From Promethearchaeota archaeon (GTDB lineage: Archaea; Asgardarchaeota; Thorarchaeia; Thorarchaeales; Thorarchaeaceae): a stretch of 64,000 bases of DNA. The translations under genes and the position numbers were made by a program. Below the pieces are notes generated by a model that did not search any database, was not told the origin of the DNA, and was given only the letters and a program-made list of their open reading frames with translations. The stretch lies in assembly GCA_014730275.1 (NCBI GenBank), contig WJIL01000068.1, positions 19,324 to 83,323 of the forward strand. The letters are read 5' to 3'. Positions 44,642 to 55,865 of the stretch are shown here, piece after piece; the first letter of the stretch is position 1; each line of letters starts with the position of its first letter.

Positions 44642-45208
44642 TTAAAACTCGGAATTTTCCCAAATCTGTGCTTTGTAGCGATTCAAGTCGCGCCGCATAC
44701 TTTCTAGCCTAGAATAGACAGAGCTATGAGGAGCACCAGAAATCAGCATATCGATAGCTTTCCGAGCATAGTCAAGACCGGGATAATAGCCAATGATTGA
44801 GACCGTATAGCCATATACGGAAACCATTGTTTCGGTAGTTTGTTCAATGATTTTGCGCGTCTTGCCATCCTCCCCGATGATTCTGCCAGCAACCCTTCTT
44901 ATTTGTCGAGGAGATGAGCCGACAATATCTCGTAGTGAGATTATCACAAGACGGGCATCATCATCCATAAGAGTGAATGCATTTCTTGGGCTAAAACCTC
45001 GTGCCATTGCACGAATAATGTTTCGAGCCTTCCATGCAAGCACAGGATCCTCTGAGTCTCTACGACCGGTAAGAGTGACTACTCCCTCTTCAGAGATTTC
45101 TACATCAACATTCGTCATGTTTTCCAATCGATTCTTGACTTTGCCATCTTGGCCTATGATTACCCCGATTCGGTCACGGGGCACCTTTATGGATTCTTGG
45201 AATAGCAT
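44642..45208 (-). CDS. KH-domain RNA-binding protein (Dim2/Pno1-like)
   Basis: ATG at 45208 lies 1 nt after the RIO stop. IKVPRDRIGVIIGQDGK and GRIIGEDGKTRK are GXXG KH motifs. Confidence 0.8.
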   Translation of the reverse strand: MLFQESIKVPRDRIGVIIGQDGKVKNRLENMTNVDVEISEEGVVTLTGRRDSEDPVLAWKARNIIRAMARGFSPRNAFTLMDDDARLVIISLRDIVGSSPRQIRRVAGRIIGEDGKTRKIIEQTTETMVSVYGYTVSIIGYYPGLDYARKAIDMLISGAPHSSVYSRLESMRRDLNRYKAQIWENSEF

Positions 45209-45209
45209 A

Positions 45210-46019
45210 CTAGTCTTCACCTCCAGAGGAAACGATTTCTTCAACCATTGTGACCGGGTCTTCGGTTTCGACACCCAGACGACCAAAGTAGCGGGCAAGG
45301 TTTTCAATGTCCCGAAACAGGAACTCTTTCGCATGGGGGTGTGCTTTCAGAACGGCTTGAGAAACATCAATGAGTACAGGTCCACCGTACCACATGATGT
45401 TGAACTCGCTCAAATCGGCATGAACAATTTCGGCATCCCGATATCCACAAAGAACCATATCCATGATTTCGTTGAATATCTTATCAGGCTCAGGTATTTC
45501 TATATCTTTGAGAAGGGGTGCTTGTAGACCCTCTTCGTCATCTCCGATGAATTCCATCACCAGCACATTGCGTTTCACAGCAATTGGTTCAGGCACTCTC
45601 ACGCCTGCTTCATGGAATCTTAGGAGATTCTTGAACTCCTTGTTAGCCCACTGAGGGATTAATGATCTTGCACCAGTTCCAACTCGCTTGAAGCGAGGGT
45701 CACCAGCAATGTACTTCTGCATATACTCCTTTTGTGCAGTTGTCATACGGTAGATTTTGATAGCAACATACGTTCCATCTCGTTTCTGACCTCGATAGAC
45801 ATTCGCTTCTTTGCCGGCGCTGATAATACCATGTACAGCATCAATAATCCCACGATTCAGAAGGTTGTATAGCACCTTGAGCGTGGGTGGATCGATTACA
45901 CCCTCTACAACTTTCAGTTCATCAGAGTCCTTTCGTTTCTTGCGGTCCTCGTCTTCTTGTGCTTTTTCGAATCGGGAGAGAATATCTTCATAATCTTCTT
46001 CCCGTCGATCCATATCCAT
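45210..46019 (-). CDS. rio1: RIO-type serine protein kinase (Rio1)
   Basis: ISAGKEANVY, VHADLSEFNI and IDVSQAV motifs. Start at MDMDRR (46019) preferred over 46067. Confidence 0.9.
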   Translation of the reverse strand: MDMDRREEDYEDILSRFEKAQEDEDRKKRKDSDELKVVEGVIDPPTLKVLYNLLNRGIIDAVHGIISAGKEANVYRGQKRDGTYVAIKIYRMTTAQKEYMQKYIAGDPRFKRVGTGARSLIPQWANKEFKNLLRFHEAGVRVPEPIAVKRNVLVMEFIGDDEEGLQAPLLKDIEIPEPDKIFNEIMDMVLCGYRDAEIVHADLSEFNIMWYGGPVLIDVSQAVLKAHPHAKEFLFRDIENLARYFGRLGVETEDPVTMVEEIVSSGGED

Positions 46020-46097
46020 CCTACCTAACAATCCAATGGTGTTCTTGACCCTGAGAAGACAAAACAAGAGGCAACAATCAACAATCTTTTGGGTATT

Positions 46098-46415
46098 CTA
46101 GAACATTTCCAAGATGCCTTTACGTTCTAGCCAATCGACTTCATTGCCTTTGTACCGCCAAATGACGTCACATTTCTCATCACTTTGAAAAGACCAAGGT
46201 ACAATCAATACTGTATCTCCAACTCGCATCCAGATTCGCTTTTTCATACGGCCAGGTATTCGACCAACTCGCATCTCGCCATCCTCACAGCGAACCCGGA
46301 CACGGTCATGTCCCAGCATCTGAACTATTATAGCAAACTGTTCTCCTTCTGATCTATTGGGAGTTCTTACGCGCATCGGTTGGTCTTCATCATTTGATCT
46401 ATTCCCGCGGGCCAA
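46098..46415 (-). CDS. eif1a: translation initiation factor 1A (aIF1A)
   Basis: 105 aa. S1-like OB fold: GEQFAIIVQMLGHDRVRVRCEDGEMRVGRIPGRMKKRIWMRVGDTVLI. Confidence 0.9.
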   Translation of the reverse strand: MARGNRSNDEDQPMRVRTPNRSEGEQFAIIVQMLGHDRVRVRCEDGEMRVGRIPGRMKKRIWMRVGDTVLIVPWSFQSDEKCDVIWRYKGNEVDWLERKGILEMF

Positions 46416-46633
46416 AACGACATCTCCAAGGTCAACTAGAGTAATATCTAACCTTGCGAAAAGCTTCTGTAGAGAACATTTAAGGGTTGCTGAATATCAT
46501 ACAGAGGTCTCATCCAAAAAGACATCAACCAGCAATTTAAGATTCAGAAGGCCCCTCACAAGCGATTCACACAGCAGGTGAAACTGTAAGGAATAGGTCA
46601 TACTTACATTTCCGAGAAGACGAATGCTTTTTC

Positions 46634-47722
46634 TCATGTTGTGTTAACTGGTTGCGGAACATAGTACACCGTACCCTGTAATTTGACCGCCCATATCTTG
46701 TCTCCGTTCTCCAAATCGGAGGGCAACGAATCCCCGGGTAGATTCTCCACCTCATACGTTTGAGAATTCATCAGCTGAATTGGTTCTCCATAGGCCTTGG
46801 AGATAACCATATACTCTTGCTTATCGGATTCCGGGGCAAGGAATTCAATCTCTTGCCATTTGCTACTCCGTTGTGATACTGTAAATTCGCTTTTGTCTTC
46901 GAAACTGTAGCAAACCAGACCTCCCCGTCCCAAAGCACGGACCTGGCAGGGGCTACCAGCAACTTCCACAAAATCACCTTCCTTGAAGTGAGGTAATCGA
47001 AGGAGTATAGTTGTTCTATACTTCTCCTTTCCATCGGATTCTTGACCAATCAGTTTGTATGTTTGCTTGCGAGCAGCCATGTAACGGGATTCCAAATCAT
47101 CAGCAATCATTCTACACAGATGATTTGACCCAATCTTAAGATCAATGCCGTACTTGGTTCGGGTAATCTCATTTATGTATGCCATACTATCTTTGCCATA
47201 TTCCCCAATTGTCAGGTCGGTTGCCGTGTCAAGAATTTCGTCTTCTTCTGCCTTGGTGAGCTTTCGATCATCAGCGCGAATCTGTAATATGGCCTCATGG
47301 TATCCCCCTCTCATCATTCCACAGCTGTCACAAGTCCCATAGTCAAGTCTGACTTCGACATCGTGTATTTCGGTATGAGGGGGTAATTCAGGATGTGAAT
47401 GCCCTTGAGCAACCACTTCAATGTGCACAACTCGATCCAGTCTTTTCTGTGGCATCACAGAGTATGTCACATTTTCTCCAAGTACTTCGACTTGATCATC
47501 AAGAAGAATCTGCAATTGAAGGGCAAGAAGCTCCTCAGGGCTGGATATACGTTCTGTAATCTGTTTCCAGCGACCATGGATTTTGACAGCGCCACATCTA
47601 TCACAGATGAGCATACGTAGAGGTGTTTCTACCTTGAGAATAGGATGCTCTTCATTGTAGCATCCCTCGCATAAACCCTCAACTACAGCGGGTTTTCCAC
47701 ACAGGTAGCAGGGAGGTCTCAT
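46634..47722 (-). CDS. nmd3: NMD3-family 60S-subunit biogenesis protein homologue
   Basis: 362 aa. N-terminal CYLCGK...CEGCY and CDRCG zinc motifs. Confidence 0.8.
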   Translation of the reverse strand: MRPPCYLCGKPAVVEGLCEGCYNEEHPILKVETPLRMLICDRCGAVKIHGRWKQITERISSPEELLALQLQILLDDQVEVLGENVTYSVMPQKRLDRVVHIEVVAQGHSHPELPPHTEIHDVEVRLDYGTCDSCGMMRGGYHEAILQIRADDRKLTKAEEDEILDTATDLTIGEYGKDSMAYINEITRTKYGIDLKIGSNHLCRMIADDLESRYMAARKQTYKLIGQESDGKEKYRTTILLRLPHFKEGDFVEVAGSPCQVRALGRGGLVCYSFEDKSEFTVSQRSSKWQEIEFLAPESDKQEYMVISKAYGEPIQLMNSQTYEVENLPGDSLPSDLENGDKIWAVKLQGTVYYVPQPVNTT

Positions 47723-47903
47723 AATCAGCTCATCTCAGACTATGTCATTCTAACTTTAAAGTCGCGGGATATCTAACAATTTTGTGATTAAGTATTGTGC
47801 ACATAGATTTGTACAGGAAGAATCTAGACGAAAAACAGTCTTGAACAATCTACAGGGTTTATTCAAATCAAAAAGGGACTCGAATTATCTACACGTATAG
47901 TAG

Positions 47904-48206
47904 TTACAGTTGTACCCATTGAGCATGTGGGTGTCCCTGAATATCTACGACCGCGTCTTTGTGAACCATTCCCGCTTCGATAGCAACATCAACAGTGGTT
48001 TTACCAACTATATTCACAATCGTGGCTTTCTCAAGATGCTTAAGACAATCATCAACGTGCACCAGCTTGTCACCGTAAAACTCCTCGCTGACCTTGAACT
48101 CAAGATCTCCTTTGACCAAGGTTTTGTTCAGCAGAGCCTTATCACACATGGCTACCATGTAGTGATCGATGGTTTCGCGGACCCGCATATAGACCTCCAT
48201 TTTCAT
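47904..48206 (-). CDS. DUF424-family protein
   Basis: ATG at 48206 (MKMEVYMRVRE...VAMCDKALLNKTL...FYGDKL). Typical position downstream of aIF2beta. Confidence 0.6.
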   Translation of the reverse strand: MKMEVYMRVRETIDHYMVAMCDKALLNKTLVKGDLEFKVSEEFYGDKLVHVDDCLKHLEKATIVNIVGKTTVDVAIEAGMVHKDAVVDIQGHPHAQWVQL

Positions 48207-48216
48207 TTCACTTCCA

Positions 48217-48630
48217 TCAAACAGGTCGAATTGATGTACGTGCTCCACATGCTGAGCAGCGCAAATAGTATGCGTTTTTCTCTTTCTCCATGTGAGTATC
48301 AGGCCTGCCACAAACGGGGCATATTACGTAGTCTTGGATGTATTCTTCTAGGACATCTTGTACGTTATGTGAGTAGAATTTTCCATTGAAAATAGCATTT
48401 CCGCCTTCAATCGTCCCTGCAGTAGCTAGCTGACCAGACACATATTTCAGTACCTCCTTTCCAGGTCGATTCAAGACATCCACTATTTCTTGGAAATTCT
48501 GCCAGATAGTCCTATTACCTTGGACTATTAGCTGAACATCCGGCACTTGGAAACGTTCGCCAGATTTGTCAAACGCATCTTTAGGGACCTGAGATCGTCC
48601 CCTTTTCAGCAGGCTATCATATTCTTCCAT
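48217..48630 (-). CDS. eif2b: translation initiation factor 2 beta subunit (aIF2beta)
   Basis: ATG at 48630 (MEEYDSLLKRG...). C-terminal zinc ribbon CPVCGRPDT...CSACGA. Confidence 0.9.
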   Translation of the reverse strand: MEEYDSLLKRGRSQVPKDAFDKSGERFQVPDVQLIVQGNRTIWQNFQEIVDVLNRPGKEVLKYVSGQLATAGTIEGGNAIFNGKFYSHNVQDVLEEYIQDYVICPVCGRPDTHMEKEKNAYYLRCSACGARTSIRPV

Positions 48631-48671
48631 ATTATGTCTCTCTCCATTCTCCTTTATTGAAGCTTCTGTTC

Positions 48672-49379
48672 TCACATGGGAAGATATACGCCCACTTCCT
48701 TTTCACGAATCTTGTTTTCCTCCAGTAAGTCGAGGACCTGTAGCTGGATTCCTGCTTTATCTTCACCCTGGGATACGAAGCGCTCACAGATTTCACGCAT
48801 TTTGATACCTTTTTTGCCAGCCGAGTTTTGAATGAACTGTAGAATTTTTTCAGAAAGAGTAGCCGCGGTATCATCCTCATCGGTGTATGATTCAAGAGTG
48901 CTTTCAGTAGATATAGCCTCATCTGATTTTGATTGTAGCTGCGATTGTTCTTCAGGGGGAGTCTCTAGGGTAGAAATACCAGCTTTTGTAAGCATTGCGC
49001 GATACCTTTCAAGTAGATGAACGGTCATAGTGTTGGAATCCTTGACTTCCTGAGTTATTTCAGGTACGATGTAGATTTCATCCTCATATTCGCGGATTTT
49101 ACCAACAACAAGTATGAGCTTATCCTCAGGAGTATTCTCAAGCAAAGCAGCTTCAGTGCCCCAAGCTTTAGCCCTGATTGTTTCAGTACCATCATCTATT
49201 GTTATACTTGCAAAATTGCCGTCACCAACGTATTTGTTGACAACAAAGCCAAGTACTACTACACGGCGAAGCTCTACGCCATGGGGGGATACAACATGGG
49301 GACCATTCGTTTCATCAAATCTGCCATTTACTATATCATTTACACAGGCTCTAACAGCGGTCATTCGTTCAGCCATCAT
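48672..49379 (-). CDS. OB-fold ssDNA-binding protein with C-terminal winged helix (RPA32/Rpa2-like architecture)
   Basis: 235 aa. OB segment VVVLGFVVNKYVGDGNFASITIDDGTETIRAKAW...LILVVGKIREYEDEIYI, then an acidic linker, then a wH-like ILQFIQNSAGKKGIKMREICERF... Confidence 0.55.
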   Translation of the reverse strand: MMAERMTAVRACVNDIVNGRFDETNGPHVVSPHGVELRRVVVLGFVVNKYVGDGNFASITIDDGTETIRAKAWGTEAALLENTPEDKLILVVGKIREYEDEIYIVPEITQEVKDSNTMTVHLLERYRAMLTKAGISTLETPPEEQSQLQSKSDEAISTESTLESYTDEDDTAATLSEKILQFIQNSAGKKGIKMREICERFVSQGEDKAGIQLQVLDLLEENKIREKEVGVYLPM

Positions 49380-49488
49380 CTTGATTCACCGTGTATACCA
49401 TCGTATTGGTATGAGCGTATTTATGATATCCCCCTGAAAGGCATTCTTGAATGTTTGTGATTATACCGATTTTCATGATAGTTTTCAG

Positions 49489-50523
49489 CTAGAAGAAATC
49501 CTCCAAAGCACTCTGTCGGGTGGTATCACGAATTTTTTCCAATGATGCTTCCAGCCTCTCAAGGGAACTATCTACCCGGTTTCTACTGAAGTCATGCTCA
49601 TCACACAAGAGGGCTCGAATGGCATCAAAATCTGGATCCTTCCATTTCGGGGTTTCGATAGTTACTTCAGGTGGTTTCAAGAAGATGTTACGAATTTGCT
49701 CATAAGGAAAATCAAAATCATAGTCAGTAGCCGATTCAATTTCCTCTAGAGTGCCATGTTTCTTCACAAGCTTCAAGGCAGTTTTAGGTCCGACACCTGG
49801 AGGAGAATCATTGTAATCAGTGCCGATGAGAATAGCTATGTCTATTAGCTGTTCCCGACTGATTTCCAGTAGTCGGAGATTAAGGTCAAGATCAATGAGT
49901 TCCGGTTCAATAGTTACATAGCCGCTAGAAGAGGAGGATTTCCTGCGACCTGATATCGTCAGGTTCCGTATCATGCGCGGACAGCCGTAAAGGAGTGAAT
50001 CGTTATCTTGGCTCGCACTTGCCCAGACCAAGTCATCTTGTACCAGCTGAGCTGCTAGCGCTTCTCCTTCCGAAGGGGCTTGTATGTGAGGAATACCGAG
50101 AGCAAAGAGTAACTCCTTACTATCAGTAACCGTATCCTCGGTAAGTTTGGAACTTGCTTGAGCCGCCTTTCGAGCATCCTCAATCCGGCCTTCCTCCTTC
50201 GCTTTCTTCCATTCTTTTCGAGCTTTCCTTCGCACTGTTCGTCTACGTTCGATTTCTTCAGATTTCAGCTCAGGAGGCTCACCATCAAAGACATATACTG
50301 GGTGAATGCCCTTCTCAAGCAGATTGATATTTCGGTAAAAGAGGCCGCTCAGATGGCTTGTTACCCGCCCTTTTCGATCTTTGAGAGGGGTACCATCAAC
50401 TTGACGGATTATAGCCAAGAAGGAGTATATGGTATTGAAAGCATCTACCGCAATCTCACGGCCAGATAAATCCGATAGTGAGAGTGTCTCAGCCTGGACG
50501 ATTGCTCCAAGTTTCGTACCCAT
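49489..50523 (-). CDS. fen: flap endonuclease 1
   Basis: 344 aa. XPG-N and XPG-I domains. GTDYN. C-terminal PIP-box-like QSALEDFF. Confidence 0.95.
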   Translation of the reverse strand: MGTKLGAIVQAETLSLSDLSGREIAVDAFNTIYSFLAIIRQVDGTPLKDRKGRVTSHLSGLFYRNINLLEKGIHPVYVFDGEPPELKSEEIERRRTVRRKARKEWKKAKEEGRIEDARKAAQASSKLTEDTVTDSKELLFALGIPHIQAPSEGEALAAQLVQDDLVWASASQDNDSLLYGCPRMIRNLTISGRRKSSSSSGYVTIEPELIDLDLNLRLLEISREQLIDIAILIGTDYNDSPPGVGPKTALKLVKKHGTLEEIESATDYDFDFPYEQIRNIFLKPPEVTIETPKWKDPDFDAIRALLCDEHDFSRNRVDSSLERLEASLEKIRDTTRQSALEDFF

Positions 50524-50711
50524 GTTTGTGTCTCCCGCTTATGCTAACATGATAACGCACTATATAGGCATAAATCATTGGTGGCGAGTAAATCCCAATC
50601 ATTCAAATCAGATTATCGCAGCTTACCCTTCGGTAGGTTTATAATTATTCCAAGACTGGCCCAATCTGTCCAGAGCGACTGGAAATACCGATTGGTGATA
50701 ATTTGTCGTCT

Positions 50712-50879
50712 ATGAAAGCTATAAGATGTACCTCATGCCATCGTTCCATTTCACCGAAAGAAAACAGCGTCAAGTTTCGATGTCCATCGTGTGGAGAATT
50801 CATAATATGGCGCTGTGAAAATTGCAGACGCTTTTCCATTAACTATACCTGCCCCAATTGTGGCTTTGAGGGCCCCTAA
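50712..50879 (+). CDS. double zinc-ribbon protein (COG2888 / HVO_2753-like)
   Basis: Hand-translated 55 aa, not in the ORF track: [55 protein letters not shown]. It has four CxxC pairs and the typical position just upstream of aEF-1beta. Confidence 0.75.
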   Translation: MKAIRCTSCHRSISPKENSVKFRCPSCGEFIIWRCENCRRFSINYTCPNCGFEGP

Positions 50880-50899
50880 ATCATGAAAGAGGCATACAA

Positions 50900-51166
50900 A
50901 TGGCAAGAGTCATAATCACACTGAAGGTCATGCCTGAAGACGTTGACATCGACCACGAGGCATTACTAGAAAAGATAAAAGAGAATATCCCAGAAGGTAC
51001 TGATGTAAGAGCAACTGAGATTACACCAGTAGCATTTGGTCTGAAAGCAATTAGAATGAATGTTGCGAGGGAGGAATCAATGGGGGGTACAGAGGATATC
51101 GAAGAAGCCATAATGGAGATTGAGGGTGTAGGTCAAGTCGAAGTTGAACGCGTATCAAGAATGTAA
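50900..51166 (+). CDS. ef1b: elongation factor 1-beta (aEF-1beta)
   Basis: 88 aa. MARVIITLKVMPEDVDID...TPVAFGLKAI... Confidence 0.9.
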   Translation: MARVIITLKVMPEDVDIDHEALLEKIKENIPEGTDVRATEITPVAFGLKAIRMNVAREESMGGTEDIEEAIMEIEGVGQVEVERVSRM

Positions 51167-51400
51167 CCAAGAATCCTCTATAGTAGATGTTACTGGGTGA
51201 GAATAGTCTATAGAAGGTACATTCTTATCAAGAAATGTGAGGTATACATTCGTGAACGCTGGTTTCTTTCACTGAATATGAAGCATGTTCACGGAAAGGA
51301 ATCTAAGCGAGACTATCGCTACGGAAAACCTCATTAGCAGTAAAAATGGTTGAAAACTGTGCGGCAGTTGAGGCATGCCAAATATTGTCCTCAGTTCTAG

Positions 51401-53623
<2,223 letters not shown>

Positions 53624-53639
53624 AGGGGAACTATAGTAA

Positions 53640-53903
53640 ATGAGCGAAACTTGGACAGCAATTCCACTACGAAATCTAATAGTCAGCATCTTGAGGAAGC
53701 GACATGGGGTCATATTAAATGACGAGCTGAACCGGGCGGTACGAAAGGAGTGGGGAAAAGAGCCCAGTCGTTCTGAGATGAACGCGGCCCTTATGCAGCT
53801 TGAAATCAATGGAATCGTACATGTCAGTCAAATCACCAAAACTAAGCGTCGAATCGAAATAATTAAGGACGGATTAGAGTTTCTCGCGGTTGATGAAGAT
53901 TGA
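53640..53903 (+). CDS. hypothetical small protein (possible winged helix)
   Basis: 87-aa ORF packed tightly between cdc48 and ribL. No family recognised. Confidence 0.45.
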   Translation: MSETWTAIPLRNLIVSILRKRHGVILNDELNRAVRKEWGKEPSRSEMNAALMQLEINGIVHVSQITKTKRRIEIIKDGLEFLAVDED

Positions 53904-53906
53904 ACC

Positions 53907-54389
53907 GTGTTGATAGGTATGACCCGTAAGAAGGTACTTGCAGCTGGAAAATTCGACATTTTGCATCTCGGTCATCTAGCATATTTAAGACAAGCAAAAG
54001 ACCTAGCAGGTTCAGATGGAACGCTTGTCGTAATTATTGCGAGAGATGATACTATAGAAAAGGAAAGGGGAGCACCGCCGGTGTTTCCACAAGAGCAGAG
54101 ACGAAAGCTTGTCGAGGCTCTAGAAATGGTTGATGAGGCTGTTATAGGCTACGATAATGAAGATCATTCCGCTATTGTCATAGACATCAAGCCGGACATA
54201 GTAGCTTTGGGATACGATCAGAACGCAAATAGGGTCCACCTCAAGGAAAGCCTGAATAAGGCCGGACTTGAAGTACGAATCGCCAGGCTGAAGAAGAAGA
54301 AAGCAGATGGACTATGTTCTTCCACTAAGATCAGGAAACGGATTATCGCCTATTACAAAGAAAATGGCAGTATTCCAGGAATGGAATAG
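53907..54389 (+). CDS. ribL: archaeal FAD synthetase RibL-like cytidylyltransferase-family protein
   Basis: AAGKFDILHLGHLAYL (HxGH), VIIARDDTIEK and PQEQRRKLVEAL resemble M. jannaschii RibL. The start is either GTG 53907 or ATG 53919. Confidence 0.75.
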   Translation: MLIGMTRKKVLAAGKFDILHLGHLAYLRQAKDLAGSDGTLVVIIARDDTIEKERGAPPVFPQEQRRKLVEALEMVDEAVIGYDNEDHSAIVIDIKPDIVALGYDQNANRVHLKESLNKAGLEVRIARLKKKKADGLCSSTKIRKRIIAYYKENGSIPGME

Positions 54390-54405
54390 CAACCAATTCT
54401 CGCAC

Positions 54406-55743
54406 TTAAAGGACTAATTCTCCACGTTCTTCAGCTTTCTTTATTACCATGTCTCGAGTCCGCCTTCGATCCACTTCCTTCTTCCAGATTACAAAAGCAA
54501 TTCCAACGGATGCAAAAAGCAAACCTAGACCAAGGAACGTAAGCCATCCGAATGGAAAATGTCCTGAGAAATCCTCAAGTGGACGCTGAATGAAATACGG
54601 CCAATTGATGAACACTCCAAATGTATAGAGTAGTCCAACAATTGTGATTTGCTTAAGGTACCCTATCGCTTGTTCATCTTCATCAAACATCAAGCAAAGA
54701 GGACCAAGCCAGAAAAGATACCAAGGCATTACCCAGCGAAACACGAACAAGAAGGATGGGAGAAGATACAGATACAGAGGTTTGAGCTTGTTAATTCGGC
54801 CTTTCCAAGTAGCATTCTTCATGTCTTCCAAAGAAGGAAGATAGATTTGCACTGTGCTGAGCATGAATATTACATAGACAACAAGTGGAATTAGAGCCGG
54901 CGGCCACATGTATGATGGCTGATAATCACCGAATCCAGGGGTTGCAAGGAAAAGGCCCGGAAACAGTGGATTCACTATGTACTTGCTATATGAAGAAGCA
55001 TTCAGGAAATGCTGAATCAACGAATCGAAATTTGCTCCCAGAAATGTAAATGGAATCACGGTCAAAAGAGTAGAAACGAAGAACCATATTACTGATAGTG
55101 GTGCTTCAATAAACAGTAAGGGTAAGAGGACCCCGGAGTAGATTTTTGTCTGAACTGATAAGCCCAAGGTAAACATTGACTTACCCATTTGGCCTTCCTT
55201 ACGTAACACGAGGGCCATGAGCATAAGACAATCTACAATTGGTTCAAGCTTTCCGCCTCCAGCTGCCATAATCAGACCATAAACGTAGTATCCAGCAAAG
55301 AACATTCGTGCCCATTGTTGATTATAGATTTTATCTCCCAGAAGTACTGCTATCAGTACCAAATTCAGATTGAAAACAAGAGTGAGAACGAAATTTAGCC
55401 AAAGGGGTTGAAAGCCTCCAGCACCTGGGAAGAGCCATGTACCGATGGCGAAGAAAATGAGACCAAAAACGGGATACTCGTAGGTTATGTTCCCTAAATA
55501 ACGTGGAAGTGTGTGATACCCGTCATTAAACGGAGGGCCCATTTCTTCTGCAAGCTGATGATCGTTCATATTGTAGATATTGAATCCGTAAATCCAGAAT
55601 GCTTCACCATACATCTCATTCCTATTACGATCGCGTTCGATTACCAATATATTCGCGAATGGTATGGCAATCATTGAAATGACCAAGCTCAGCACGAGAT
55701 ATCTCCGCATCTCGTAGATTTTCAACGATATCGCATCAAGCAT
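54406..55743 (-). CDS. polytopic membrane protein, possible GT-C-fold glycosyltransferase
   Basis: 445 aa with more than 9 hydrophobic helices. The first loop has acidic/aromatic residues (IERDRNRNEMYGEAFW...YEYPVFG). The function is only inferred. Confidence 0.5.
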   Translation of the reverse strand: MLDAISLKIYEMRRYLVLSLVISMIAIPFANILVIERDRNRNEMYGEAFWIYGFNIYNMNDHQLAEEMGPPFNDGYHTLPRYLGNITYEYPVFGLIFFAIGTWLFPGAGGFQPLWLNFVLTLVFNLNLVLIAVLLGDKIYNQQWARMFFAGYYVYGLIMAAGGGKLEPIVDCLMLMALVLRKEGQMGKSMFTLGLSVQTKIYSGVLLPLLFIEAPLSVIWFFVSTLLTVIPFTFLGANFDSLIQHFLNASSYSKYIVNPLFPGLFLATPGFGDYQPSYMWPPALIPLVVYVIFMLSTVQIYLPSLEDMKNATWKGRINKLKPLYLYLLPSFLFVFRWVMPWYLFWLGPLCLMFDEDEQAIGYLKQITIVGLLYTFGVFINWPYFIQRPLEDFSGHFPFGWLTFLGLGLLFASVGIAFVIWKKEVDRRRTRDMVIKKAEERGELVL

Positions 55744-55865
55744 TCTGCATTGACTCCAATCCGTACGTTTCAGAAACGGTTTACGCTAGTTTCGCAGGGC
55801 TGGTCCGTAATTAACCTTTTGCAGTGATGAACCAATAATGAGATTATTCAACCGCTCAATGGTGT

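Noticed and set aside
45209-45334. Longer start for the KH-domain gene (ORF-track 44642-45334)
   Set aside because: The extension overlaps the 3' end of the RIO kinase gene. The ATG at 45208, 1 nt after the RIO stop, gives the expected ~190-aa two-KH protein.
44847-45527. 226-aa plus-strand ORF antisense to the KH and RIO genes. Similar long antisense ORFs: 3473-4042, 18177-18746, 33241-33753, 39799-40380, 47910-48389, 52498-53082 and 22298-22654.
   Set aside because: Each lies entirely inside a confidently identified gene on the other strand. Their translations are low-complexity (S/R/L/P-rich) with no motifs, which is typical of shadow ORFs.
50645-50839. 64-aa minus-strand ORF
   Set aside because: The opposite strand encodes a 55-aa protein with four CxxC pairs in the conserved position upstream of aEF-1beta. 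The minus-strand ORF is its shadow.
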